Part shown: one piece after another, positions 14,296-35,614 of the stretch
Position numbering within the stretch: the stretch's first letter is position 1
How the letters are laid out: every line of letters begins with the position of its first letter
Source of the DNA: Collodictyon triciliatum
Lineage: Eukaryota
Assembly (NCBI GenBank): GCA_043381765.1
Contig: JBHJMP010000236.1
Coordinates: forward strand, 1-35,626
Direction: 5' to 3'
Length of the DNA stretch: 35,626 nucleotides
Translations under genes and position numbers: made by a program
Notes under the pieces: model-generated
Databases searched by the model: none
What the model was told of the DNA's origin: nothing
Seen by the model: only the letters and a program-made list of their open reading frames with translations

Positions 14296-15075
14296 ATGCA
14301 GGACAACCACTGGGATAACGACTTTGTCTCTGAGGAGGATTTGTTGGCCTTGGATATGATGTGCCGGCAAGCCGAGCAAACTTGGGGCTCGCAGTTCTCA
14401 CCCAGCACGACAACACAAACGCAAACAACCAACCAAACACAAACACAAACACAAACACAAACGCAAACGCAAACGCAAACGCAAACGCAAACGCAAACGC
14501 AAACGCAAACGCAAACACAAACGCAAACGCAAACACAAACGCAAACGCAAACGCAAACACAAACACAAACACCCGAAGACACCTCTTCCTCCAAGCCAGA
14601 TATTTGGGATGACTTCGACCAGCAACTACTCTGTGAGCACCTGGACGTAGTGGAGGCTGCTCTGAGCCAAGCAAACCAACCACAAAGGACCGAAGAGGCC
14701 CCCAAAATCCACTGCGCCGACCAGAGCCAAACAACACAGCAGCTGAGCCGATGTATCACGCAGCAGCAAACAGCCGAGCGCGTCAGATTGCTTCGGCTTG
14801 CATCCAAGAGTCCACATCCTACCCACCGGATGCCTTTTGCCTCGCCAATCCTCAGCAACCGCCCCACGCGGCTCAAAGTCCATCGCCTTGCTGAAGAGCT
14901 GCAGTCTTCGGAATCGCGTTTAGATAAGGCCCACTACACAGGCTGTTCTGCAGACGCTGCATCCAGTGTGACGCAACAAGTTGGGGCAGATTCATTGCCG
15001 CAGGTGTGGGCAACAAAGGACGGAGTCGGGCGCATTATGGTTGACGTGGACGTGGACCCCACATCGCTTGTGTGA
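14296..15075 (+). CDS. Hypothetical 259-aa protein with a Gln-Thr dipeptide repeat flanked by two acidic W-D-x(1-2)-F...LD motifs
   Basis: GC-richer open frame downstream of an A-rich tract. Variation in the repeat (ACA/ACG) is synonymous in this frame. Possible 3' splicing cannot be excluded. Confidence 0.6.
   Translation: MQDNHWDNDFVSEEDLLALDMMCRQAEQTWGSQFSPSTTTQTQTTNQTQTQTQTQTQTQTQTQTQTQTQTQTQTQTQTQTQTQTQTQTQTQTPEDTSSSKPDIWDDFDQQLLCEHLDVVEAALSQANQPQRTEEAPKIHCADQSQTTQQLSRCITQQQTAERVRLLRLASKSPHPTHRMPFASPILSNRPTRLKVHRLAEELQSSESRLDKAHYTGCSADAASSVTQQVGADSLPQVWATKDGVGRIMVDVDVDPTSLV
14410..14572 (+). repeat. Coding (CAAACR)n hexamer repeat encoding (Gln-Thr)n
   Basis: More than 20 units of CAAACA/CAAACG. 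Confidence 0.95.
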
Positions 15076-15288
15076 ATCCGCGCCTTTTACTCTCTTGTCT
15101 TGTGTGTTTGGTGCTATGGATTCTCCCGCTTCGCATGTGCTCATGGTAGAAAATGAAGCATCAGAAAATAGCATAGGATAAATAAAAGTGTTATTATTGT
15201 TGTGTCACAACTCGAGTGAAGGGTAGGGCCTAGGCGAGCATTAATTTTTTGAGGTGTGACTTTATGTGGTTTCGCTGGGCATTTGATT

Positions 15289-17412
15289 CTATTGCAAGTT
15301 TTTGAACCCAGAGTGTATCGCCGCAATTCCGTTTTGAAGGTTTTCATATCGCACGTGTTGGAAACCTGCCTGTCTACATACGATGAAAGCTTAGATATGG
15401 CGAATTAGGGTTAGGGGATGTGATACTTTATGAATCATCCAGGGCAGTAATCAGGGGAAATATAGAGATGATATTGTGTTCATGAACCAAAATCCTTGGA
15501 TGTTAATAAATAAATAAATAGAAAAATAAATAGAAAAATAAATAGATAAATAAATAAATAAACAGTCAGGAAAAATTGCGCTCTGCCAAATTACCTAATT
15601 ATATAGGCAAATTCCTCTTGGGGTGGAAACTGGCGGATGCTCTCGACCAGGTACTAAAGGAAAAAAAAATTGGGCGCGTATCAAATACAAGACCATACAA
15701 AAAAAAAAAAAAAGAGAAAAGGAATCATATACATTTCTTCATTCTTCTATATATTACAGGGAGGCCAGTCTTTCCGGCGAAATAATGCAGTGCATGCGGT
15801 GAAACATGCTTGAATCCCGGGTTATCATTATTGTTAATATTTAGCTCGCTGTGATATTCACAAAGAGTACCTGATATGGTTGGGAGTCTCCCGTAATCAT
15901 CTGCCCCATGGGCGGAATCACATTGAATGAATAGGTGTCATATAAAACGCGAAGAACAGGATTCTCCACACGACTAAACTCGAGGCAAAGAAAACGACCA
16001 CCTTGATAGAAATCGTGAGCGCAATTATTGCTTTTCAAAATATTTGTTATTGGCGGATCTTGAACTCCATCTCAATTGCTTTGTATTCGGGACCAAGAGC
16101 GTATCAATATAATCAGAAAGATAACAGTTGTCCTGTTAGCACTACAAAGAATATATCATTTTCTTTCAAGGTTGGCAGCTTCCGAGCTTTAAATGGATGC
16201 CAGAAGCATGGATGTCTGGGGTGTGGCGCGCGCTTACCTGGCTTGAGGACACGGTAGGCTTCACGACAGACTTGGTCTACGTGTGTGCAGTTACGGATTC
16301 CAAAGGCGATGGTGAAACTATCCACGGAGTTGGTTTCAAATGGAAGATTCTCGGCATCCCCTTGGATCCAGTCCAGTTCGACATCTGTGGGATAAAGGAA
16401 CCGAGTCTTATGACAACAGGCAACAAACAGAGTCCAACTATTCTCTCCATTTCGATTGTATTTGATGCTTGCTGAGGCTAAGGAAATTTGACTATGGTTG
16501 AGGGTGGTTACTTGAGCTTGGATTGTTAGCAAACTCCTCGTGCAATGACCTCTCCTTCCCAACTGCAAGCATCGATGCGTTTATATCAAAGACAATAATC
16601 TTGCTCCTGGTGCAAAATGTCACGGGTTCACTTATTTTCAGTGATTCTATTTGAAATTGATGTGTCCTTTTCCAACTCACTCAAAAAAAAAAAAAAAACA
16701 CCTTTAAGTTCAAAGCCATCAATATCAGTGAAGAGCAATGACACATAAATATAAAGGTTACTTCAGACCAGGGAATCCATCCTTCTTTTCTAAAAGCTTT
16801 CTTGCGATGCGGAATGAGATATCTCCTATTTAGCGATGAATTCAAAAAATTTCACGAACAGATAAGAGCATTGAGTCAGGAAAATATAGATAAATAAACG
16901 TCAAACCAGTTCCTCCGGCAGCATCAACGTGCACTGTACCAGGAATTGGATTCAACTTGGACACAAAGTAGTCCTACAAAGAATTCATGTGCTCTGATTA
17001 AAATTAAAGTAAGTTTAATTAGAGTTTGGACTATTAAAAATAAGAAGGCAAAGAATTGTTCGACATATCTAAAGAAATAATATGCTAACTCTGTGCTTGG
17101 AATCGAATGAAAGAATTAGGAAACAAACACTATGTATGAAAATAAAAAAAAAGAAGGCATGATAAGTAATGCGCATGAGAACGATATGTCATGTTAAACA
17201 AATATAATCTTTTGCATCTGAATAGCGTGCCATCATAGAGAAAAATAAAACCAAACGATGTGGAGACATTAACATACTTGAAAGATCAGAAAGGAGGCAC
17301 TCGTATTATTTTATTATTTATTTTTTTGGATATATTGGTGCTATACGCCCAAGCAATTTTTATTATTATCGAGAATTCGCATGTAATGATGTTGCTGAGA
17401 ATACCTTCCACA
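15289..17412 (-). CDS. COQ5: Ubiquinone biosynthesis C-methyltransferase (UbiE/COQ5 family), 5' end in gap
   Basis: Spliced translation gives [11 protein letters not shown]...[109 protein letters not shown]. Stop TAG at 15289-15291. Confidence 0.95.
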
Positions 17413-17813
17413 NNNNNNNNNNNNNNNNNNNNNNNNNNNNNNNNNNNNNNNNNNNNNNNNNNNNNNNNNNNNNNNNNNNNNNNNNNNNNNNNNNNNNNNN
17501 NNNNNNNNNNNNNNNNNNNNNNNNNNNNNNNNNNNNNNNNNNNNNNNNNNNNNNNNNNNNNNNNNNNNNNNNNNNNNNNNNNNNNNNNNNNNNNNNNNNN
17601 NNNNNNNNNNNNNNNNNNNNNNNNNNNNNNNNNNNNNNNNNNNNNNNNNNNNNNNNNNNNNNNNNNNNNNNNNNNNNNNNNNNNNNNNNNNNNNNNNNNN
17701 NNNNNNNNNNNNNNNNNNNNNNNNNNNNNNNNNNNNNNNNNNNNNNNNNNNNNNNNNNNNNNNNNNNNNNNNNNNNNNNNNNNNNNNNNNNNNNNNNNNN
17801 NNNNNNNNNNNNN

Positions 17814-20800
17814 TGCGGGGTCTTCTGCGAGGTGAATATATTCTGGTGGAGAACAAAATTTATTTTGTCATTATGATAGAATTTCAAGCATATAAAAGGA
17901 GTTATATGAGAACGATTCTTATGCTTTCGTATCTATAAGATTACATCAATGACGTCATATGCAACGCGAAGATCAGCGGTTGAAAACTCGTAAAACTTGA
18001 CCCATCCTTGAGGAATATAAACACGACGTTCTTGGAGAATCGCATGCAGCCATGCGAGAACAAATAATGCCTATGGATTGTTTCGATATATTGTCAAAAC
18101 CAGCATAATTTTTCTTAATTCATGCTCATTTATACGATTAGATATGGAAACCTGAGCACGGAAGGAAATATTTCCTTGTGTNNNNNNNNNNNNNNNNNNN
18201 NNNNNNNNNNNNNNNNNNNNNNNNNNNNNNNNNNNNNNNNNNNNNNNNNNNNNNNNNNNNNNNNNNNNNNNNNNNNNNNNNNNNNNNNNNNNNNNNNNNN
18301 NNNNNNNNNNNNNNNNNNNNNNNNNNNNNNNNNNNNNNNNNNNNNNNNNNNNNNNNNNNNNNNNNNNNNNNNNNNNNNNNNNNNNNNNNNNNNNNNNNNN
18401 NNNNNNNNNNNNNNNNNNNNNNNNNNNNNNNNNNNNNNNNNNNNNNNNNNNNNNNNNNNNNNNNNNNNNNNNNNNNNNNNNNNNNNNNNNNNNNNNNNNN
18501 NNNNNNNNNNNNNNNNNNNNNNNNNNNNNNNNNNNNNNNNNNNNNNNNNNNNNNNNNNNNNNNNNNNNNNNNNNNNNNNNNNNNNNNNNNNNNNNNNNNN
18601 NNNNNNNNNNNNNNNNNNNNNNNNNNNNNNNNNNNNNNNNNNNNNNNNNNNNNNNNNNNNNNNNNNNNNNNNNNNNNNNNNNNNNNNNNNNNNNNNNNNN
18701 NNNNNNNNNNNNNNNNNNNNNNNNNNNNNNNNNNNNNNNNNNNNNNNNNNNNNNNNNNNNNNNNNNNNNNNNNNNNNNNNNNNNNNNNNNNNNNNNNNNT
18801 TAAAATCATCATTCCAACCTTGTTTGCGAGGTCCTGCAGTTCTACTGTCGGGTCTGTGCCAGGAGATATAATAAACAGGACAGGCTCGATATTTGATGTT
18901 TCTTGCAATGCAATGCTCTCCAAATTGAATCCAACGGGAGCGAGGGATTGTAACTCCAGCATGGAAATAGCATACGCAGTAACTGAGAGCAAAAGATAGA
19001 AAATGATGGTATTTTGATGTGCATTCCTTTTACATGAAGACTGGACATAGTAAATGTAGCACATTCCAAATTATATAAATAAAAAAATATAACGAGTTGT
19101 CACATAAGTTCAGCTCATTACTTGCACTTTCCAAACGGTCTGGGCGGAATGTTTGCACGACAAGAACTTTCTGGAAAGGTCTTTATATATCACAATATAT
19201 ATATTAGTGTAAACGTATGAATAGAGTACATCATGCTAGGCAGAATACAATATATATATCATAGTGAGAATGTTTATTGCCTTTTTTTAAAATAAGAAAA
19301 ATAGTTACGATATGCTCCGACTAAGTTTGCTCGGAAATTCGACTTCACATTGAGGGCTCTTCGCCCATTTACCCCACATTTCAGCATCTCCAAATTTCAT
19401 CTCAGAAAAAACAGCAGGGAAAGTTGCCTAAAGAAGAAACAAACAAACATTACAGGGACATAAACTTCGTAATACATATACAACGGGGAAGGGTTTTCTT
19501 TACTTTTCATATCTATAACCGACTTGGATATTAAATGCATCATTGGAAATGGGATATTAGAAGTCTCATCTAAATACTACATACAGCAAAGAGGGTTATC
19601 ATAGGTTTGCGGTCGACTGAAGACCACGAAGGTATACTTGCACTTGAAGAACCTTCCAGTCCCTGAACAACTTGGCCAGTGAAGAACTCCCTATGTGTAT
19701 GTATGTGTTGTCAATACAATTCACCATGATAATTATCTGGAGCTAAAGGCTCAGATATTCAAGTACCCCAAATATTATTCGAATTTCATAGGAAATGTAT
19801 TGCTACCATTCATTCGACTGAAACGTTTCCCTGAATAACTTGTGAATCATGTGTAGTGCAAAGGTTGCCCGGTCAGCTTTGAAAATCGACCGAGATACAT
19901 ATCTAAAATTTGATAAAGGAAAAAAAAAAAAAGAAGAAAAAAAGAAGAGGAAGGTGCATGAGTGATATAGCTAAATGAAGAATAAATATTCGATCAACTT
20001 CAATATATTCATCAATTGTTTTAGATGGGTAATATCCTGTAATAGACGATTGAGGGGGGTGACAGACTGATAAACTAGATTTCGGAGCTTCTTGATTAAC
20101 GCATTCAGTCTGTCATCCACTTTGGTATATTGCTCGTTCGATGAAAGACTCTATTTTCAACCAAGCGTTGGCATCAATTTAGAGTCAGGCAATCAATGCG
20201 TGATAAATTTGTCATTGTTTCGAATAGTAGACAATTCGTATTTAAAGAGTTTACTTCCTTGAAGAGCTTCAAGTATGATGGCAAGCTAAACTGGTACATG
20301 TGATTGACTTTCTTCAAGTCGCGTATCAAAAGGTATAAATCGCTTGCCATCTTTGCAAATTTTCTATATTTTTTTTAACTTGAGGATAAAATCGTGAACC
20401 AAAATTAAGGATATAGTTACAAATACACAAATTCGCGACGTGGGCGATGCAAGAGAGATTAAATCAAGATTCATACCGATAGGTCTCTCGCTCTTGGTCG
20501 AGAGTGGCCTGGGTAGCTTTGGAATTCTCCAGGGCGTCGGCGATAGTAGAGCTCTTCTCTTTTGTCTCATTCAGTCGCTTAAGTAGAGACTCGTTCTTCA
20601 GAATGTTACCTGGTCAAGGCCAACATCTTGAAGAAAAATCGAGAGAAAATGGAGAGACAATAAATATTATTTTTTTCAGGATATATCGCCTTCGCTGGTC
20701 GCAAGTTCCTGGAGGAGAGATTTCTCGAGTTCAGACAGCTGAATTTTGAGCTCTTCCTCTTTAGCTAACAGCTCGCTCTTTGTCTTTTCTAACTCTGGTT

Positions 20801-22092
20801 TCTCACTCTGAATTGTCCTAGTTTGCGAAAAGATAAGAAATCCTTTTCACATTTAAATCATGCCAAAACAAACTAAAAAAAAAATACAAAAAGAAGACAT
20901 ATTATGTAGACCACATACAATCCTAGAAGCTGTCCCTCAAGTCCGGATCGAGTGACCGAGAAATTGATTTCAGTGATGATTGGCGATGCATCCTGATAGA
21001 ATATAGGAAGCAAATAACACATCAGAGAATACACATACTATTTTAAAATTATGGAACATGTTATTATTTGCCAGTGTAGTTTTGTTTGCATTTCATATGA
21101 AACATACAGGTGGAATATGAGGAGTCGGATTTCTAGTCACGAGATACAGTTGGAACTTGTCGTTATAGTCGATTGTTTTATCGCCAATTTGAACAACCAA
21201 GCGTGATCCCTATACTCGCCAATATGATTTTAAATATTCGAACTATGCATGCACGCCATTTACAATGAAAAGCATATACAAACGAACCGATTGGTTAAAA
21301 TCCTTTCTGATTAGGGGATACAGCAAGGGCTCAACACGATCAACTTCGCGGATGATGAGCGTTTTGCCAAATCTGACTGCAAGCTCAAGACTGTTCAGAA
21401 ACTTGGGGTCAGCAGGATTTGTGACCTCAACTGCGAGCTTTTTTGCCTAAAATGGGCGAGAATAAAGGTAAAATAAGAATGAAAATATTGGCGTTCAGAG
21501 CGAAATACAATCAATTCTCACAGTCAGATTTGCCTTCAGCCATTCAGCAGCTTGGGTTGTCGGGTCAATGATGAAAGGAACTCTGAGTGTGTCTCGGATG
21601 ACGATGGCGTTCTCGACGGAGAGGTTATCAGCAGGCAGTCCTTTATTTCCCCGGAAAAAATCACAAATTTATCAATCACTTATGTCATTAGTAACAATAT
21701 TTTGATTATTCGATAATAAAACTGCGCAAACAGATAATTGGGTTTTGTTTATTACAAAAGTAAAAAAAAAAAAAAAAAAATTGATGGAAACCTTCAGCTT
21801 TCCAAATCAGAGTTTCACTTTCTGTCGAAGTAAAGGAACGGAAGTCAAATTCATCAATGGCGCAAATTCTATGAAATCAGAAATGTTATCAGACAAAGAA
21901 TTGAGACACAGCTGTAACTTATTGGGTGGAGATTTTGAAAATGGAGTATGTTACTTTTTGAATTGAGTCATTAGGTTTGCTCGGACATCCTCAGGGAAGC
22001 GTGCTAGGTAAGTGACAAATGCAGCTGCCAACATAGAGTGATTTGGCATGTTGTCCAAGCTCGCATTCAATTGTTTTGCTTGGAGGTCCCAT
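17814..22092 (-). CDS. DYNC2H1: Cytoplasmic dynein-2 (retrograde IFT) heavy chain, internal fragment from the end of the stalk through AAA5 to AAA6; both ends in gaps
   Basis: Spliced translation gives [141 protein letters not shown]. These match dynein-2 motifs as I recall them (e.g. [15 protein letters not shown]). Confidence 0.9.
20605..20684 (-). other. Candidate U12-type (minor spliceosome) AT-AC intron in dynein-2 heavy chain; alternative reading is GC-AG at 20610-20689
   Basis: Minus strand reads GAA GGC GAT|ATATCCTG...GGCCTTGACCAGGTAAC|ATT CTG AAG. There is no usable GT donor before the in-frame TGA. Confidence 0.65.
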
Positions 22093-22793
22093 CTTTATGA
22101 AAATATGATCGAAGATAACAACAACAACAANNNNNNNNNNNNNNNNNNNNNNNNNNNNNNNNNNNNNNNNNNNNNNNNNNNNNNNNNNNNNNNNNNNNNN
22201 NNNNNNNNNNNNNNNNNNNNNNNNNNNNNNNNNNNNNNNNNNNNNNNNNNNNNNNNNNNNNNNNNNNNNNNNNNNNNNNNNNNNNNNNNNNNNNNNNNNN
22301 NNNNNNNNNNNNNNNNNNNNNNNNNNNNNNNNNNNNNNNNNNNNNNNNNNNNNNNNNNNNNNNNNNNNNNNNNNNNNNNNNNNNNNNNNNNNNNNNNNNN
22401 NNNNNNNNNNNNNNNNNNNNNNNNNNNNNNNNNNNNNNNNNNNNNNNNNNNNNNNNNNNNNNNNNNNNNNNNNNNNNNNNNNNNNNNNNNNNNNNNNNNN
22501 NNNNNNNNNNNNNNNNNNNNNNNNNNNNNNNNNNNNNNNNNNNNNNNNNNNNNNNNNNNNNNNNNNNNNNNNNNNNNNNNNNNNNNNNNNNNNNNNNNNN
22601 NNNNNNNNNNNNNNNNNNNNNNNNNNNNNNNNNNNNNNNNNNNNNNNNNNNNNNNNNNNNNNNNNNNNNNNNNNNNNNNNNNNNNNNNNNNNNNNNNNNN
22701 NNNNNNNNNNNNNNNNNNNNNNNNNNNNNNNNNNNNNNNNNNNNNNNNNNNNNNNNNNNNNNNNNNNNNNNNNNNNNNNNNNNNNNNNNNNNG

Positions 22794-31486
<8,693 letters not shown>

Positions 31487-32736
31487 GCCCGTTCCCTACG
31501 CGAATCCCAAAGTCGTTCCGTCTATGAAATTCACTATTGAGCAGCTTCATTAACAAACAAGTGTATGAGAAAAAGCACATGTATCCGAACCCTCCAGTAT
31601 GTTAGCAGGTGCAGGAGGCGCGGGTCATTATTGTTGTTTTATTGCTTATATCTACACTATTCTTCTTTTTTTTTTTTCATATCAAGTCCTCATATTAATA
31701 CCAACGGGATGAACTTTTCCAAGTCTGCCATTGACCCGCAGAGACGACTCGTCGTGGGTGAGACGAGCGTTACGTTAAAAAAAAAAAGAAGAAAAAAAAG
31801 AGGTATTCGAGTCGTGTGCCGAGCTTGTGTCCGAAAACACCGAGTTTCATAAGGATTCATACAAAATCAAAGTCTGCTTGCTCAAGGCACGAGCCGCAAC
31901 TTTATGCCTCTTCTTCATGGCCGTTTCCTGGTGCTATCTGTGGCCACCGCATGGCATTTGATCGACCGTGTGATTCGCGCTTTTTTTTTCTTTGATCATT
32001 TTTGATCAGTGATGTGATCGGATCTGATGGATTCGTTGGGTTTCGTGATGAACTCCACATATAGATATAGATGGTATAAAAAAGAAAAAGATCGCAGGTT
32101 TTTACAAGTTGTGCATGTTATTGTTTTCATTTTATGCGTGATTGATTGCATATTATATTTTTATACACGTATGACAGTTTCTATGAATGCCCATGAAAAA
32201 GTAGTAATAAATAATTTCCAGATATAACGTCAGAATATGAATGTTTGAAAATTGGAATACTTCCTCAAACTGTTACTTTGTCAATATCTTGCACCTAGTT
32301 ATTACAGGGTCCTCTTTTCTGTTAAATTATGTCAAAAAAATTAGCTTCGTTTTTCCCTTTCATGCTGCCATTCTTTATTTTTTTCCTTTCTGCTTTATAG
32401 ATTTGCATGAAATAGACGCGCAAGGTTATAACCAGTAAGCAAGAAATCTAGCGTCTCGTTGGTCAAAGGTGTTTCAAGACCGACATATGCTGCGCACAAA
32501 TGAAGCCATGGATGTCGACCCGCGTGTAATGATAACTTTCAAGCGTCGGTTCTTGCGAGTGCGCCATATTGCGAGTATCGCGATTTGGGCTGCATAATCA
32601 AAATTGGATAAAGAGAAACGAAGAAAAATAGCACTGTTGAGACAAACGCGATGTACAAAAAAGAGAAACGTTTTGTGCTGAGGACACACAATTCAAGTAT
32701 GCAGGGTTCCTGGTATAGGCGCCGACTGATATGGAT

Positions 32737-35383
32737 TTATTCAAAATCGTATTCACTCCCCAGCGTCCCACTAATACCCACAGTCGATCGCTTTGGCCGC
32801 CCCTGTGAGCATTAATTATTCGGAATCAGCAGCGGTTTCCATTTGTTTCTTAATAAATAAATAATAAATAAATAAAAACTGCACTTTGTAAAAGATATGG
32901 GAAAACGTCAAATATTTTGGGTCATAAATATATGGAGATTCTTTTCTCATGGCGGACTGTATCGTGTGTTTGATGTGGATTGGGTCTCCGGGAACTTCAA
33001 ACCTGCTCTTCATATTGTAACCTTGTGGTTGCCTCGTGATTAATTTCGTCTGCCCCATCCAAATCCTGAATGAGTTACACCTCTGAATTGAATATAATCG
33101 AAAAGAATACAAGCTTGTTTGTTTTACAAACAAAAAGAAAGGAGAAGATGGATGTGATCTCTTGAAATTCGCGCTGATTCATGTACCCCAGAGTCCAGTT
33201 CAGCGTAATTTATTCTCTTTCGGCTTCTTCTTTCGGATATTTCGATGATGTTTGATGTATCAAGACCATTTCTCTTCGCCGCCTTTTCTGAATTTATCTT
33301 TTTCTGATTTATGAAAGAGTGAATATTAAATGACCAAGTATTCTATAGTTACATTTAGTGATAGTATGGTGATGAAATAATGAAAAGGATATAAGAGAGG
33401 AAGGGATATAGTGAAAAAGTTCAATTGAAGGGATAATTCTACTAACAAAATCATGTGATAATGAGGAGATTTTTCAAACCGTACTTGTATCTTTTTATCT
33501 ATTTCCCCGATAATATTGCGGATACTATCACAAAGGGGACGGTTTTTCTTCTCCTTGGACAGTCTCACAACCAAGGCTTCCATTTCCTCCCTTGAGACAC
33601 ACGCCTGAAATATAACAAAGTATCCAGATGGTTGAGATACTCTCATAAAGAAAAAAAAGAGAAGTGTGAAAGTCAAATAAACAGTACCATTTATTGAAAA
33701 AAAGAAAGAAAAGATGGGACATGAATCTCACAACTTCTAGAATTTTGTATGGCTTTGGAGCTTCTTTGGACAACTGTAAATTGCGGGAACTCTTTCCGCT
33801 GGGTTTCGCGGGCAAAGAAATTTCATGATATATAACTGGTAGTGGCTCGTTACAGGCTAATTTTTTTTTTTGAAAAGAATTAATAACGCATCTGAATGGA
33901 TCAGGTGATTGTGTGCCCAAATACAGCTTCTTGTATAAAAAAATTGTAATTGTGTTGCAAATATAATATGAATCTTAAAATTACTTCCGAAATACCAATA
34001 CTGGGACAACTTGGAGTCGACTCCCAAAGGCTGCATTCTCTATTAATTAATCAAAATTGTGCTGGTATATTTAGATGGCTTTATATATTAGTGTTTATAA
34101 GATTTAAGAGATATGGACATGATTAAATATAATGTAATCATCTCGAAGGTTTACCCATAAATGCTGGTCTGGCTGCAACTTCATAAAATTAGTCAGAAGA
34201 TCACCGTCAAATGCACGCTCACATAAGGACTTAAGAACGAGTGACTACGGAGATATTTAGATATTTTCATTCGATTTATTGTTTGCGAGTGAAAAATATA
34301 TAAAAATTATTAACACAAGTGTATGAGCTCAGTGTTATACAATTTCATGAAAAAATCGCTCTTACTCGGATATGAATAGACAAATCTTGGTATCTTTCTC
34401 GAGTGGTGATGGAATAGAGACCATGTCCAAGAAAGTCAAATGATTTCCATAATTGAGGAAGCCAATTAGACTCGCTGTTTGGTTGAAGCAGTTTAGCGCA
34501 AGTATGAATAGGAAATATTGCGGATTTGTTTGATTTAATTTCGATTATTTTTCCTATAAAAAAAAAGAGAAGATAAAACAGTTTGTATATATGATAATAA
34601 AGCAAAATATTTTATTTGATGCACACTCATGATATACATCTCTTCACTCTGAATCGAATAAAGGGGAAAAATGATATACATTTCTTGGCACCTTTCTGTA
34701 AGAAGTAACAGACTTAAACATGTATACATTTAGAAAAGACATACCTGATAGGAGTGTTAAAAAGCTGTCGGAGAAGTTTGGAGTGAAAGCTTATCCACTT
34801 TTTTGATGGATTTGGAGATGCAATTTCGTATGATATTTCCTATTCACGATTTTGTTTACAGCTAGTTTTCGTAAGAGAAAGATACGTGGGAATTTACATA
34901 AAAAATATGCAATTCTCAAAAGAAAGAGCCAAGGAAAAATAATATTAACAGTATGAGTCGTGCGCTTTGTTTCTTTAACTAAATTTGTTATGGATATCAC
35001 GTATATCGACACTGGACTTTGGGCTTACTTCAGTCGAAAATGGAGGAATCCCCAGGACATGCCCGAAGTTCTGACAGAAAGTAAATATGACCGTCTGTAA
35101 GGAAACCGTGTCTTCTTCTGCTGTCATATATTGAGCATTAATGGATGATACCATCATACGCACTAGTTGGCGCACAAGGGAATAAATGAAATAGTGCTCA
35201 GAGCTGTCTGATTTATCGTGAGGCTAGAATAGAAATTCAGAATAGTCGATGAAATTCGATTTTGAGTTCGAATGAAAAATTGAAACAATATCCCTTTTAA
35301 ATGGAAGAGAAAGACAAGAAAATATTGTCAACAATACATCAGAAAAAAAATTCGAAACATGAATCCCAAACGGTGTAACACAG
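32737..35383 (-). CDS. DDT-WHIM1-WHIM2-WHIM3 domain protein (ISWI-associated; RSF1/CECR2/plant DDR-like); termini uncertain
   Basis: Spliced translation gives DDT-like VIFTFCQNFGHVLGIPPFSTEEISYEI...FHSKLLRQLF, WHIM1-like RYQDLSIHIRSLVLKSLCERAFD, WHIM2-like RMQPLGVDSKLSQYWYFG, WHIM3-like CVSREEMEALVVRL, then RRSRKRINYAELD. First and last exons are ambiguous. Confidence 0.78.
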
Positions 35384-35446
35384 CTACAAAAGCGGTTTTC
35401 TCTCTTAGTAGAGAAAAGAGGAGTTATCAATTATAAGTAGAACAAA

Positions 35447-35545
35447 ATAATAATAATAATAATAATAATAATAATTTTTTTTCCTTTATTCGATTCAAAG
35501 TGTAGCGAGGTTATGCCATACAAAGGGGCGGGATGGAGCGCATGG

Positions 35546-35614
<69 letters not shown>

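Noticed and set aside
13824-14876. Long minus-strand ORFs (VCVC..., FVCLF..., FAFA...)
   Set aside because: Stop-free read-through of microsatellites, antisense to the QT ORF.
15405-15417. TTAGGGTTAGGG telomere-like motif
   Set aside because: Only two units inside a COQ5 intron; compatible with chance.
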